DNA of 64,000 nt from the NCBI RefSeq assembly GCF_006345805.1, contig NC_043020.1, positions 15,066,001 to 15,130,000 of the forward strand. The letters run 5' to 3'. This document shows, in pieces, positions 26,167 to 39,774 of the stretch. The position numbers were made by a program, and so were the translations under genes. Origin of the DNA: Octopus sinensis. Taxonomy: Eukaryota. The notes under the pieces were generated by a model. The model was not told where the DNA came from, did not search any database, and saw nothing but the letters and a program-made list of their open reading frames with translations. Within the stretch, counting starts at the first letter, position 1. Every line of letters starts with the position of its first letter.

Positions 26167-26549
26167 GAAGCACTCCGTCGGTTATGACGACGAGGGTTCC
26201 GGTTGATCCGATCAACGGAACAGCCTGCTCGTGAAATTAACGTGTAAGTGGCTGAGCACTCCACAGACACGTGTACTCTTAACGCAGTTCTCGGGGATAT
26301 TCAGCGTGACACAGAGAGTGACAAGGCCGGCCCTTTGAAATACAGGTACAACAGAAACAGAAAGTAAGAGTGAGAGAAAGTTGTGGTGAAAGAGTACAGC
26401 AGGGATCACCACCATCCCAGCCGGAGCCTCGTGGATCTTTTAGGTGTTTTCGCTCAATAAACACTCACAACGCCCGGTCTGGGAATCGAAACCGCGATCC
26501 TACGACTGCGAGTCCACTGCCCTAACCACTGGGCCATTGCGCCTCCACA
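26167..26549 (-). mobile_element. SINE family A, tail type X
   Basis: Full head with B box ggtttcgattcc; same tail as the 13751 copy. Confidence 0.85.
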
Positions 26550-26689
26550 CTTTTGTGATACCCTTAACCCCAAACGAAAGAGGACTGAAACTGTGCCGAC
26601 CTGTCCAACATATAAAGATGATGATGAAGGTTGCTATAAAAGACATAATACTAAAGATGTTTTGTTATTCGAATCATAGGGCTGGTGTG

Positions 26690-27050
26690 TAGTGTTAATG
26701 TGAGACGGTGGTGCATTGCTGTACTCGAGTAGACCCACCCACCACAACAGAATTGAGATCCTAAAACCAGGGTGCCACTTGAAAAGCATTGGTGTTGATG
26801 GTGTGACATAAATAGCAGTGATGATGGTGCCACGCAAAAAAGCACCCAGTACATTCTGTGGAATGGTTGGCATTAGGAAGGGCACCCGGCCATAGAAACC
26901 AAGCCAAAACAGACTATGGAACCTGGTGTGGGCCCCTAGCCTTGCCAGTTCCTGTCAAACCATCTCCAACCCATGCCAGTATGGAAGATGGATGTTAAAT
27001 GTTGTTATTGATGATGATGATGATGATGATGATGAGGAGGAGGAGGAGGA
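26690..27050 (+). mobile_element. Diverged RTE 3' end copy
   Basis: ggtgcattgctgtactcgag...ggttggcattaggaagggcacc...(GAT)n(GAG)n. Confidence 0.7.
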
Positions 27051-27183
27051 GGGCACAAAATACCGTTTTCTATCCACATTTGATTTTCCCCTTTTCTTAC
27101 ATTGCTGCTATTATTAGATTAGTACAATAAATACATTTATCCCGCACAAAACTTCATGCGCACACACACATACACATACACAC

Positions 27184-27229
<46 letters not shown>

Positions 27230-27788
27230 ACACACACACACAAACACACACTCAGTTATACTTCCACCTAACATTCTCACAACCTTCACCACCACACCAC
27301 CACCACTACCACCACCATCAACACCACCACCATCAACACCACCACCATCACCACCATGAACATATCCCCTAAACCTACAACAACAATAACAACAACAACA
27401 TCAACACTATCACAACTATAAACTACTTTGTCAAGTAAGGGAACCGAACCAGTACGTGGTCACTGGGCCTACTAGAAATAATAGCCAACTTTCACCTATC
27501 TCTCAAATTACATCCTGCTGCCTTCACAAAAGGAAGGACACGTTGGACAGTGTAACTCGTGATAAACTTTGCCTGAAAGTTTCTTCAAATAAAAGATATT
27601 ATGCATATTATTAGTGGGAAGATTTTTGGTGATAGATCATCTCGATCAGGCCTGGCTTTGGCCAACACAACAACAAACAGTACAAGAAACAAACCGCCAG
27701 AGATCCTGCCACCTGTTCACAATCGATGCCAATGACGTCAGAAAGGTCCTTCCCACACACAACAAACACCAAATCACCTTTCTCTTTT

Positions 27789-27853
<65 letters not shown>

Positions 27854-28639
27854 TATATGTCCATCTCTCACCACCACTTCTCTTCCAACAACCTTTCCCC
27901 CCACCTTTCCTTACCTCACCACTACCCTTCCACCCCACTCCCACCTGGTTCCCCCCCCGCACACCTGGTTCACCCCACACACCCCCACTCTCGCCATTTC
28001 TTCTCCTCACCCTGTTACCTATGCCACGATACGTCATCACTCCCTCTGCATTATGTCACACTAAATGGCCTGCCATTACCACCGCCACTATCGCCACCGC
28101 CACCACCACCACCACCGCTGCTATAGCCACTGTCGCCGCCACAACCTCTACCACCACCAACACCTACATAGAACTTTGTAACAGGTTGTGGTGATGACAG
28201 CAGTATTGATGATGATGATGATGGCAATGATGATGATGGTAGTGGTGATAATGGTGGTGATGATGATGATGGTGGTGGTGGTATTTAGTGGTGGTCGAAG
28301 GTGGCTTGTGTACAGATGAAAAGGAAGTAAAAACCAGCCAATGAAAAGCTATTTTCAACATCACTCAAGGGACAACATAGATAAAAATAAATAAAAAAAT
28401 TAAATAAATATAAAAAAAAAATAGATTTTCGACATTGACACATAAGCAAAAGCTGTGGAGGTGGGTTGCAGCTGATTTCATCAACCCCCAACAATTACTG
28501 GTACTTATTTTATCAAAACATTTCTCATAATGCTCGTGTGGGCTGGACATAATTATTTTAGACAATGTTTTACAGTGGGATGCTCTCCCTGTTGCCAACC
28601 CTTACCGGTCTTACAAGTTTACTCTTTTACTTATATTCT

Positions 28640-29270
28640 TTTACTTCATCATCATCATCATCATCATCATCGTTTAGCGTCCGCTTTCCATGCTAGCATG
28701 GGTTGGACGTTTCAACTGGGGTCTGGGAAGCCCGAAGGCTGCACCAGGTCAGTCAGATCTGGCAGTGTTTCTACAACTGGATGCCCTTCCTAACGCCAAC
28801 CACTCCATGAGTGTAGTGGGTGCTTTTTATGTGCCACCGACACAGATACCAGACGAGGCTGGCAAACGGCCACGCTCAGATGGTGCTTTTTACGTGCCAC
28901 CATCGCGGAGGCCAGGCGAGGCTGGCAACAGCCACGATCGGATGGTGTTTGTTACATGCCACCAGCACGGAGGCCAGTTGATGTGGTGCTGGCTACGGCC
29001 ACCTTCGGATGGTTCTCTTATGTGCCACCGGCACTGGTACGACAACTACAAATTCCATTGATGTTGATTTGATTTTTTGATTTTCACTTGCCTCAACAGG
29101 TCTTCACAAGTAGAGTTATGTGTCCCAAGAAGGAAGGTATGCACAGGTGGACTGACTACGTCCCAGGTAGGGGCCACGGGTATTGGCCTCACTTGTCCTG
29201 CCGGGTCTTCTCACGCACAGCATACTTCTAAAAGGTCTCGGTCTCTGGTTGTTTCAGTCATTTGACTGCT
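28640..29270 (-). mobile_element. RTE LINE 3' UTR, longest copy (ORF2 end, ~62-bp tandem units, (GAT)n tail)
   Basis: On - it begins with an RDRDL.KYAVREKTRQDK*-like ORF end, then tandem GGCACGTAAAAAGCACC units, ggttggcgttaggaagggcatccag and (GAT)n. Confidence 0.75.
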
Positions 29271-29624
29271 TTTAGTCAAACAAATCAATCCCAGAACTTA
29301 TTCTTTGTAAGCTTAGTACTTATTCTATCAGTCTCTTTTGCCAAACCACTAAGTTAAAGTTTTTGTAGTTTTTTTCTTTTTTTTATTGCACTGAATGCAC
29401 ATGACACACACACACATACACGTCTTCTATATTTTGTCTTTTACTTGTTTCAGTCATTAGACAGCAGTCATGTATAAGCTGATGGTCGTGGGAATTTCCT
29501 TGTCTTTGTCATGCCCTCCTTGGTGCCCCAGACAACTGCCTGAGTTGTCGGTAGCTTGAGCTGACCTTGCCCTCAAAGCCAGGAACTTTTCAGAGACTCC
29601 TTGTACAAGACTGATGGGTGCTAA

Positions 29625-29706
29625 CAGCAACAACAGCAGCAGCAGCAGCAGCAGCAACAACAACAACAACAGCAACAGCAGCAGCAGCAGTAGTAGTAGC
29701 AGCAGC
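29625..29706. repeat. (CAG)/(CAA)/(TAG) trinucleotide tract
   Basis: Intronic in the F-box gene; a second tract lies at 29899-29947. Confidence 0.85.
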
Positions 29707-30884
29707 CGTTCAAGAATTTGGACCTGGAGATCTCCATTTCCAGTGACTTCGAGGGCCACCTCCCAGTGGTGTCGGGCGTCAACAAAGAGCCATCGACTAC
29801 AACAAGACGACCAAAGTTTTTTTTTTTTCCAAGGTCTGGGGTCTCCCGTCCCTAAGCCCTAGACCATCACCTAATCACCCTTACCCGTCTTGTTGCTTAA
29901 CAACAACAACAAGCAGCAGCAGCAGCAACAACAACAACAACAACAACACTGTGTGGTGGTGGGGGTATGATAGGCGTTCCCACCAATTTCAGTATTGCTG
30001 CCTAGTTGTTTGATCAACTGGATGACCAACTCATTAAAAAAGCATGTAAAGTGGCCGAGTATTCCAGAGACATGTGTACCCATAGCATAATTTTCAAGTA
30101 GATACACAACATGACAAAACCAGACATTTGAATTACAGGTACAGGCCATCATCTATAGCTAGGTTAGGGCAAGGCATTAAGGAGAAAGGAAGGTAAAATG
30201 TTTAGCGCTGGGAGGGATAATGTTCTGATGATACGCACCCCCCACACACACACACACGTACACATGTACACACACTTATATATCATATTTATCATTGCTT
30301 TAGTGACCTCTTTTCCATGCTTCCACGGGTCAGACAGAATTCATCGAGGCTAATTTTCAGCAACCAGATGCCCTTCCTGTTGCTAATTCTTACCTGTTTT
30401 CAAGTGAGGCAATATTTCCCCTTGGGCATAATATCAGAGACATTTGGCTGCTAATTTTAGCAACTCAGGCAACTGTATAGAGTCTTCCGAGGTCGACTTT
30501 GCCTTTCATCCTTTCGAGGTCGATAAATTAAGTACCAGTTATGCACTGGAGTCGATATAATTGACTTAATCCGTTTGTCTGTCCTTGTTTGTCCTCTCTG
30601 TGATTAGCCCCTTGTGGGTAGTAAAGAAATAGGTATTTCGTCTGCCGTTACATTCTGAGTTCAAATTCCGCCGAGGTCGACTTTGCCTTTCATCCTTTCG
30701 GGGTCGATTAAATAAGTACCAGTAACGCACTGGGGTTGATATAATCGACTTAATCTGTTTGTCTGTCCTTGTTTGTCCCCTCTGTGTTTAGCCCCTTGTG
30801 GGTAGTAAAGAAACATGTATAGAGTCTTCCTTCATTTGTTCAAGATATTTTAGAGGTTTTAGCTATTTGAGGAAATAGATGCAA

Positions 30885-31212
30885 GGGATGGCGTATCTGT
30901 CCTAGAACTGTGCCCCACATATGTTTAAGTTCTCTAAAATATTAACATCCTCCCAAAATGCCTGAGAGACTTGCATGGCGTGGATGTGGGTTTCTTTAAA
31001 ACTAAACTGGATCTCTTCTTGTCGGGGGTCCCAGATGAACCTACCTCACGACAGGAGACACAGATGCAGGCAGCGGCATCGAACTCCCTTGTTGACCAAG
31101 TGCCACGTATCAGAGGTGGATTCACATATTAGCGTAGCTCATTCAGCGGTGGTGCCCTAGCATGGCCGCGGCCTTCGAGCTAAAACATTTTTAAGGATTT
31201 AAGGATTTAAGT
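30885..31212 (+). mobile_element. CR1/L2-group LINE 3' end (different family) with (AAGGATTT)n tail
   Basis: NILPKCLRDLHGVDVGFFKTKLDLFLSGVPDEP...AAASNSLVDQ; 3' UTR ggtggtgccctagcatggccgc...gctaaaac. Confidence 0.7.
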
Positions 31213-31312
31213 GAACATATTTTTAGAACATTGTATGAACATGTATATCATATGTGTGCATGCATGCATGTGTGCGAGCATGCATGTATGTGTGTGTATG
31301 CAAATGTGACTT

Positions 31313-31542
31313 TTAACCCATTAGCATTTAAACTGGTCATATCCGGCCAAAAGTATTCTGCCTGTTTTATGTTCAAACTGGCCAGATCTGGTCTCTCACA
31401 CCTACCCTACAATATTGTTTTAAAAATTAACAGCTACCTCATCAAAATCTCATTGCTACAAGATTAATGAATGATTAATTCAAAACGATGTAGATGAAGA
31501 AGCATTAATTTTGGCAGAATAATGTGAACACTAAAGGGTTAA
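31313..31542. mobile_element. piggyBac-type MITE, about 55 bp from the F-box exon 2 donor
   Basis: ttaacccattagcatt...cactaaagggttaa. Confidence 0.8.
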
Positions 31543-31598
31543 AGATTCACTGCCTGGAAACAGAAAATAATAAAACAGAAAAACAATGTTTCTCTTAC

Positions 31599-31917
31599 CT
31601 CACAATTGCTGATACAAAGTTTCTTCAAGTTCTGAAATTTCTTCACCAAATCCCACAATTCTTCCATCTCAATTGGAACAAAATGTAGACACAAAACAGT
31701 GACAAGACTTGCAAATTCCGAATCAGCCACACTTTGAATAATTCTAGCTCCTTCGCTCATTGCTCTCTCACTACGTACATCATTCAGTAAAAGACCAGAG
31801 TTGATCTTGAACTTAACTGATTCCAACTCAGGCAATATCTCCAGGAACCTCATTACTCCATCCGCTGTTATTTGCCAACAGGCATTCAAGGAGATTTCTT
31901 TCAAGTATGGAAAATAA
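31599..31917 (-). CDS. F-box/LRR-repeat protein, coding exon 2
   Basis: Acceptor ...ttatttgaacag ends at 31918. First base T completes CG|T (Arg), giving [25 protein letters not shown] (AMN1-type LRR). Donor gtaaga at 31598, phase 0. Confidence 0.88.
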
Positions 31918-32139
31918 CTGTTCAAATAAAGAAATATAACATTTACATACAGTATATATATATATTACAGAGATGTACTTGCATAGCAAGCGACTTGATC
32001 TGAGATCATGTGCAGAAACAAAAACAATTGGAGCATTGAAGATGTTTGTAAGCCATTTAAGAACACACAAAAATGTTGAAGTGAATCTAACGACTTTTTG
32101 TGTGTTCTTAAATGGCTTACAAACATCTTCCATGCTGCA

Positions 32140-32385
32140 ATTGTATAAATATATATATATGCTTATATATATATATATACATATATATATACATATATAT
32201 ATACATATATATATACATATATACATACATATATACATACATATATACATATATATACATATATACATATATAATACATATATACATATATATATACATA
32301 TATACATATATATATACATATATACATATATATATACATATATATATACATATATATATATATTACATATATATATATAATATAC

Positions 32386-32421
<36 letters not shown>

Positions 32422-32462
32422 CATATATAATATATACATATATATATATATACATATATATA

Positions 32463-32493
<31 letters not shown>

Positions 32494-32528
32494 CTATATA
32501 TACATATATATATATATATATATACACA

Positions 32529-32582
<54 letters not shown>

Positions 32583-32770
32583 CTATATATATATATATAT
32601 ACATATATAATAATATACATATAGATATATATATATATACAATATATATCTATACATATATTATTATATATACATATCTATATATATATATAATATATAT
32701 ATATATTATACATATTATATATAGATATCATATATACATATATATATATATATATACATATATATAATAT

Positions 32771-32802
<32 letters not shown>

Positions 32803-32870
32803 CATATATACATATATATATATATATCTATACATATATATATATATATATATACTTCTATATAATATAA

Positions 32871-32920
<50 letters not shown>

Positions 32921-32965
32921 TATATTATATATACATATATATATAACACATTGACATATAATATA
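32140..32965. repeat. (AT)n/(ATAC)n microsatellite block
   Basis: About 820 bp of near-pure AT dinucleotide. Confidence 0.95.
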
Positions 32966-33320
32966 ATAATAATAAGAAGAAGAAGAAGAAAAGAATGATA
33001 ATAATAATAATAATTCGTTCGTTATTGGCACAGGGCTAACAAAAATCAATTAAAACATAAAGGGACAAAACACAGGACGAAAGTTACAAAGGGTTTTGTC
33101 CATTTGAAAAAAGTCTGTGTACAAAAGCAGGATAACAACGAAATATAAGTAACAATTAAAACTCCCAATTGGGGGAGGCGCTTCGAAAAGTTACTCATGG
33201 AAAAACTCATAAAAGCCAAGGGAGTCTGGTCAAAAGTGGGGTAGAGCCCCTTTCTCCATATTTCCCCCCTTCCAAGTGGATATTCATTAGCGACAGAGGA
33301 AGTATCAATACTGAGAGGTA

Positions 33321-33692
33321 ATATTTATCCCCGCTTAAACCTGGATGTTCTGTTAGAACAAACTATACTGCAGTAGATACCATGAGAGATACTCTCCTAT
33401 AGGCTTTTAGTGTAAATTGCACTTTTGTTATATAACTAGTGGGGAGATAAACCCTCTTCTGCACCAGATTCCTTATCCTCTTCTTGTACTCACTCCAAAC
33501 AACCATTTTCCCCTCTATAGCAATCATATTTCGTCTTCATATAGACTTTAGCTTCTCCACTTCAGCTAAACTTTATGGAATCCGATGTTCACTTTCAGAA
33601 GTCTCTTTCTATTATTACCATATATAAAACAAAGTAACTACTGCAGTGTAGTTCATTCTAACAGAACATCCACATTTGAGTGGGGATAAATA
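33321..33692. mobile_element. MITE with ~55-bp imperfect TIRs
   Basis: tatttatcccc...ggatgttctgttagaa..ctgcagtag / ctactgcag..ttctaacagaacatcc...ggggataaata. Confidence 0.65.
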
Positions 33693-33699
33693 TATGAGC

Positions 33700-34112
33700 A
33701 TGTAATAATAATAATAATAATAATAATGAAATTATTGTATACAGTGCTCAGGTGCACCACAACTTGTCAGAAAGTGCGTATAAAGCATATGCAGTAATGT
33801 ACAAATGTCTGGAAAGCGAACAGTGTATGAGTCAGATACATGCTTGTGTGTGTATGGAGGGGAGAAAATCAGGTTTAGTGTTGGCGAATCTCAGGAAGCA
33901 TGGAAGTTTTGAAGGATGCAATGCTTCGACAACCAACAACTGATGCTGGCAGTTTGTTCCATGCTTCAGCAACTCTCAGCGTGAAAAAATGTTTCCGAAA
34001 GTTATGGGAGCCGTACTGTTTTCTGACTTTGTAAACATGTCCACGGGTGTTAGACAGGTGGAGTTTGAAAAGGTGCTCAGAGTTATTGTTTGTAAGATGG
34101 TTAATAATTTTG
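33700..34112 (-). mobile_element. CR1/L2-group LINE 3' end (same family)
   Basis: Same HKIINH...KHFFTLRVAEAWNKLP translation; (ATT)n tail at 33700-33728. Confidence 0.85.
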
Positions 34113-34126
34113 TGTGAGAGTGTGTG

Positions 34127-34164
<38 letters not shown>

Positions 34165-34379
34165 ATGTGTATGTGATTACTAGTGATAAATGAAGTGGAG
34201 GCATTGATCCTGTGGCATATTTGGATTAGGAAACTCAAATTCTTGCTAGTTTAAAACTAATGAGATAGCTTAGTTAAGTACCTTATAATTATGTGTACAG
34301 GTAAGATAAACATTGATTTTCACAATGATAAAGCAATTTTAGTAATACGTTATGAGGTGTTATTAAAATAAGATTTTCG

Positions 34380-34426
<47 letters not shown>

Positions 34427-35482
34427 TACCTTAGAAGAATAAAAACTGAATTCAATGCATAAACCATAAAATGTGAATTAGTATGAAAATCTCTTATACA
34501 CACACACACATATATATAAATGTGAGTATATAAGAACAAAGATAAATATACATACACACATATACAGCCACAGCATGGCCACCTGTAGATATATGTATGT
34601 GCGTGTGTTGTGTGTGTATGTGTGTGTACATACACATAGACACACACACACATGTATATATGTTATTCTAAGGTGTATGCTAATGGAGGTGAGAGCTAAT
34701 TAGAATTACACTGTTGATTATAAGAAAGAATCACTGTCCATAATGGCTAATTCTGGTCAAAAATGTAAGGGAGACAAACTAAAAATATCATAAAATGTTC
34801 TATAAATTTTGGGGTGAGTCTTAACATTACATGCATGGGAGACAACTCTGTACATGTTCTTGTATTATTGGAAATCTTCAGTAATAACTAGACAAACACG
34901 ATTTGATATTTGTGTGTTCATTCATTTAAAGACTGTTTTTTTCATATTAGAATGGATTGGACAGCAGACGAAATACTGCTAAGCGTCTGCTGTTACATTC
35001 TGAGTTCAAATTCCATCAAGGTCGACTTTGCCTTTCATTCTTTCGGGGTCGATAAATTAAGTACCAGTTACGCACTGGGGTTGATGTAATCAACTTAATC
35101 CCTTTGTCTGTCCTTGTTATTCCCCTGTATGTTTAGCCCCCTGTGGGCAATAAAGAAATAACATACATATACATACATACATACATACATACATACATAC
35201 ATACGGGATCTTGGGGAGAGGATGCAATTCCTTAATTCATATGCTACAAATGATCATGGTACCTGGAACAATACAAAACTGCAAGTCTTTCCTTTTCTCT
35301 TTTTGATTCATAGTAAATGTTGACCGTCCACCTACTTGGTAACAAGGTTGTGAAGGAACGAGTCTTGTTTTAACCATCATCCTATAAATCGTATGGAGGT
35401 CTTGCAGATTTTTTTAGCCCCAGGTACTGTGTTCATTTGGAGCATATAAATTAAGGATTTGCATTCTCTCCCCAAGATCCCT

Positions 35483-35883
35483 ATGTATGTATGTATGTAT
35501 GTATGTATGTATGTATGTATGTATGTATGTATGTGTGTATGTATGTATGTTTATGTGTATGTATGTATGTCTATGTATGTATGTATGTATGTATGTATGT
35601 ATGTATGTATGTATTTATGTATGTGTGTATGTATGTATGTTTCTATGTATGTATGTGTGTGTGTGAATGTATGTATGTGTGTGTGTGTGTATGTTTATAT
35701 GTATGTATGTATGTATGTAAGTATGTATGTATGTATGTATGTATGTGTATGTGTGTATGTATGTATGTGTGTGTATGTATGTATGTATGTATGTCTATGT
35801 ATGTATGTATGTATGTATGTGTATGTATGTATGTATGTGTATGTATGTATGTATGTGTATGTGTGTATGTATGTATGTATGTT

Positions 35884-35914
<31 letters not shown>

Positions 35915-36099
35915 CTATGTATGTATGTATGTGTATGTATGTATGTATGTAAGTATATGTGTATGTGTGTATGTATGTGTGTATGCATGTATGTATGCAT
36001 GTATGTATGTATGTGTGTGTATGTATGTATGTCTATGTATGTATGTATGTGTATGTATGTATGTATGTGTATGTGTGTATGTATGTATGTATGTATGTT

Positions 36100-36130
<31 letters not shown>

Positions 36131-36266
36131 CTATGTATGTATGTATGTGTATGTATGTATGTATGTATGTATGTATGTATGTGTGTGTGTATGTATGCGT
36201 GTGTGTATGTATGTATGTATGTGTGTATGTATGTATGTATGTATGTGTGTGTGTATGTATGTATGC

Positions 36267-36299
<33 letters not shown>

Positions 36300-36364
36300 C
36301 GTATGTATGTATGTATGTATGTATGTGTGTGTGTATGCATGTATGTATGTATGTATGTATGTAT
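35483..36364. repeat. (ATGT)n tetranucleotide array
   Basis: About 880 bp; source of the MYVC ORFs. A reverse-orientation (ACAT)n array lies at 22660-22965. Confidence 0.95.
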
Positions 36365-37399
36365 TAAGCATTTGTGCAACATTGGGTGCCATAACTCATA
36401 GACATTCTGGTCATGTTGTGTTTTTGTTTAGCCTTGGGTCAACACTCCACAAGCCAATCTATGATCAAATTCATTGCAGCTGTGACCATCTTGTTTTTTT
36501 TTTTTTTTGCTTTTACTTCTGTTTGCTGGGGGTGGGGGGTACATAGTGTAAAAATAAATTTACTTTTATTTTATGCTCTTTGATATATAAATATAATTTG
36601 AATAATTTTGTCGTGAATTTACAGCAGTTTTAAAATGTATGAAATCTTCGATATTTTCTATCAGAAGAATACAAATGCAATCAGTATTGTTTATAGATTA
36701 ATAGGTGCAGGAGTGGCTGTGTGGTAAGTAGCTTGTTTACCAGCCACATGGTTCCGGGTTCAGTCCCACTGCGTGGCACCTTGGGCAAGTGTCTTCTACT
36801 ATAGTCTCGGGCTGACCAAAGCCTTGTGAATGGATTTGGTAGACAGAAACTGAAAGAAGCCCATCGTATATATGTATATATATATATATATATATGCGTG
36901 TGTGTATGTGTTTATGTGTCTGTGTTTGTCCCCCTAACATCGCTTGACAACCGATGCTGGTGTGTTTACAAAGCCTTGTGAGTGGATTTGGTAGACGGAA
37001 ACTGAAAGAAGTCCATCGTATATATGTATATATGTATATGTGTGTGTATGTGTTTGTTCCCCCCCACCACCAACATCACTTGACAACCGATGCTGGTGTG
37101 TTTACGTCCCCGTAACTTAGCAGTTCGGCAAAAAAGATCGATAGAATAAGTACTAGGCTTATAAAGAACAAGTCCCGAGGTCGATTTGCTCGACTAAAGG
37201 CGGTGCTCCAGCATGGCCACAGTCAAATGACTGAAACAAGTAAAAGAGTAAAAGAGTAATATGGAAATGGTTGGAAATACACTCAGAAGAACTTCAAAGT
37301 GCATATTTATAGATTTCCAATGGAAATCATCTGTTTAATCATACTTGGTAACAAATTAAATGTACTTTGTGACTTCATCCAGTTTATCCTCCTTTTTAT

Positions 37400-37790
37400 A
37401 AGATTGATGGAAGGAAGTCGTGGAAGAGGGAGACCCGGGAAGACATGGGACAAAGTACTGAAGGCCAATCTCAAAAAGCTGAACTTTGCAAAAGAGATGA
37501 CAGAGGACTGAGATATGTGGTGCATTGCTGTACTCAAGAAGACCTGCCCACTCACAACAGAACTGAGATCTTAAAACCAAGGTCCCATGTAAAAACGTTA
37601 GTATGGGTGTTGGTGCCACATAAAAAGTACCCAGTACACTCTGTAAAGTGGTTGTCATTAGTAAGGGCATCAGTTGTAGAGACGAACCAAATAGACTATG
37701 GAACCTAGTGTGGGCCCTGGCCTTGACAGTTACTGTCAATCCATTCAACCTATTCCAGCATGAGAAACAGATGTAAAATGTTGATGATGA
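37400..37790 (+). mobile_element. RTE LINE 3' end: ORF2 C-terminus plus 3' UTR with (GAT)n tail
   Basis: MEGSRGRGRPGKTWDKVLKANLKKL..DRDMW runs into the gtggttg..agggcatc.. tail shared with the repeat at 28640. Confidence 0.75.
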
Positions 37791-38369
37791 TTTATGCTCA
37801 AAGCAGTGTTCCAGCATGGCCACAGTCAAATGACTGAAACAAGCAAACATGAATAGTAATGATGATGATAATGATGATTGTGGTATTGATATAAGCGGTG
37901 AGCTGCAGAATTGTTAGCACTGGGCGAATGCTTAGCGTTATTTCGTCTGCTGCTACATTCTGAGTTCAAATTCCGCCAATGTCGACTTTGATCCTTTCGG
38001 GTCGATTAATAAGTACCATTACGCACTGGGGTCGATATAATCGACTTAATGTGTCTGTCCTTGTTGTCCCCTCTGTGTTTAGCCTTGTGGTAGTAAGAAA
38101 TGGTGTGATGGAGATCTGCTGCTGTTTCTAGCAGAGTTAAGTGATATTGATTAGAGGCACATGGCCTAGTGGTTAGAGCAGTGGACTCGCAGTTGAGGGA
38201 TCACAGGTTCGAATCTCAGACCGGATGATGTTTGTGTTTATGAGCGAAACACCTAAGCTCCCCGTGGCTCTGCCAGAAGGTAATGGCAAACTTCTGCTGA
38301 CTCTTTGGCCACAATTTTCTCTCACTCTTTCCTCCTGCATCTTGCAGCTCACTTGCGACAGACTGGGAA

Positions 38370-38867
38370 AACGGCTTTGGCTCTGTAGTACAAATGTCTT
38401 GTTTCCATAAGTTTTGAATTAAAATCTTCCACCAAACCTTAGTCACAATTTATGTCCCTAACACTAGCTGAATGATAACTAAGTTATTTTACTAAATTCT
38501 TTGTTACATTTAAAATTAATTGAAAGAAACACAGAGTCTCTCAACAGAAACATGGTAACAAAAGTGTTAAAACAGATGAAAAAAGTGAATGATACATAAG
38601 TATGAAGACACGTTGGGCCACTGCTAGTTCTTCCTGTCTTAACCATTTCGATACCAACCCAGCTGAAACCACTTCTGGCTCTGTAGAACAAATGTCTTGT
38701 TTTCAAAAGTTCTGAATTCAAATCTTCTACCAAACCTTAGTCACAATTTAGGTTCCTAACACTAGCTTAATGGTAACTAAGTTGTGTTACTAAATTCTTT
38801 GTTATATTTAAAGTAATTGAAAGAAACACAGAGCATCTCAAAATAAATACAGTATCGAAAGGGTTAA
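38370..38867 (-). mobile_element. Inverted second copy of the composite MITE-spacer-MITE
   Basis: Same spacer (gggccactgctagttcttcctgtcttaa) and unit-specific variants; ends gtatcgaaagggttaa. Confidence 0.75.
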
Positions 38868-39774
38868 ACCAAAATGCCATGTAAAAAGCACTGATGCTAG
38901 TGCCACATTAAAAGCACTCAGTACATTCTGTAAAGTGGTTGGCATTAGGAAGGGTATCCAGCCGTAGAAACCAAGCTAAAACAGACTATGGCACCTAGTG
39001 CAGCCCCTGGCCTGGCCAGTTCTTGTCACGCTGTCCAATCCATGTCGGCCTGGGAAACAAATGTTAAATGATGATGATGATGATGATGATGAGGAGGAGG
39101 AGGAGGAGGAGGAGAGGAAGAAGAGGAGGAAAACAGTTGATTTCACAATAAAGCGAGAACAATTTGATAGCAAAAGAAATAAAATTTAATTATCACTTAG
39201 ACTGTAACGAAGGTGGCAATTAATTTTTGCGACGTTAATTACCTGTCAAATAGTCACCTGAACAATTGTCATCCCATCCCACAATGAATATAATTTCTAG
39301 ACATAGAATAACAAACAAAAATTTATTCCTTTGTGTTACTGAGAAAGTTTAACGAAGAAAATATTTCAAAATTAACTGAAGCTAGAATAATTATATAAAT
39401 TATATTGCAAAATATTATCTATATGTTACATGTGCTGTTGTTTAGCCTAAGACCAACTCTGCTGGAATAGACATATGATCAAAGGAGAGTCCCCCCCCCC
39501 TTGTAACCACTTTGTTTTACTCGATATCAGGACCTACATTCTGAAATATCCTCATTTAACCCTTTAGTGTTTAAACCGGCCATATCCGGCCCAAATATTC
39601 TACATGTTTTATATTCAAACTGGCCATATCTAGCCTCTCACACCTAACCTACATTGACATTCTAAAAATAAGCAATCATATCATTGAAACCTCAAAGCTG
39701 TAAGATAATGCATGATTAATTCAAAACAATTTGAGTGAAAAAGTATTACATTTAATAGAGAAATTTGAACACAA

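Noticed and set aside
27611-28364. Pro/Thr/His-rich ORFs
   Set aside because: Built from (AT)n, (CCA)n and (GAT)n low-complexity tracts; no consistent splice sites.
35459-36546. Long MYVC/YVCM ORFs (up to 302 aa)
   Set aside because: Translation of the (ATGT)n microsatellite. The same applies to the IY/HT ORFs at 22546-23074, 31828-32624, 41721-43178 and 55695-56281.
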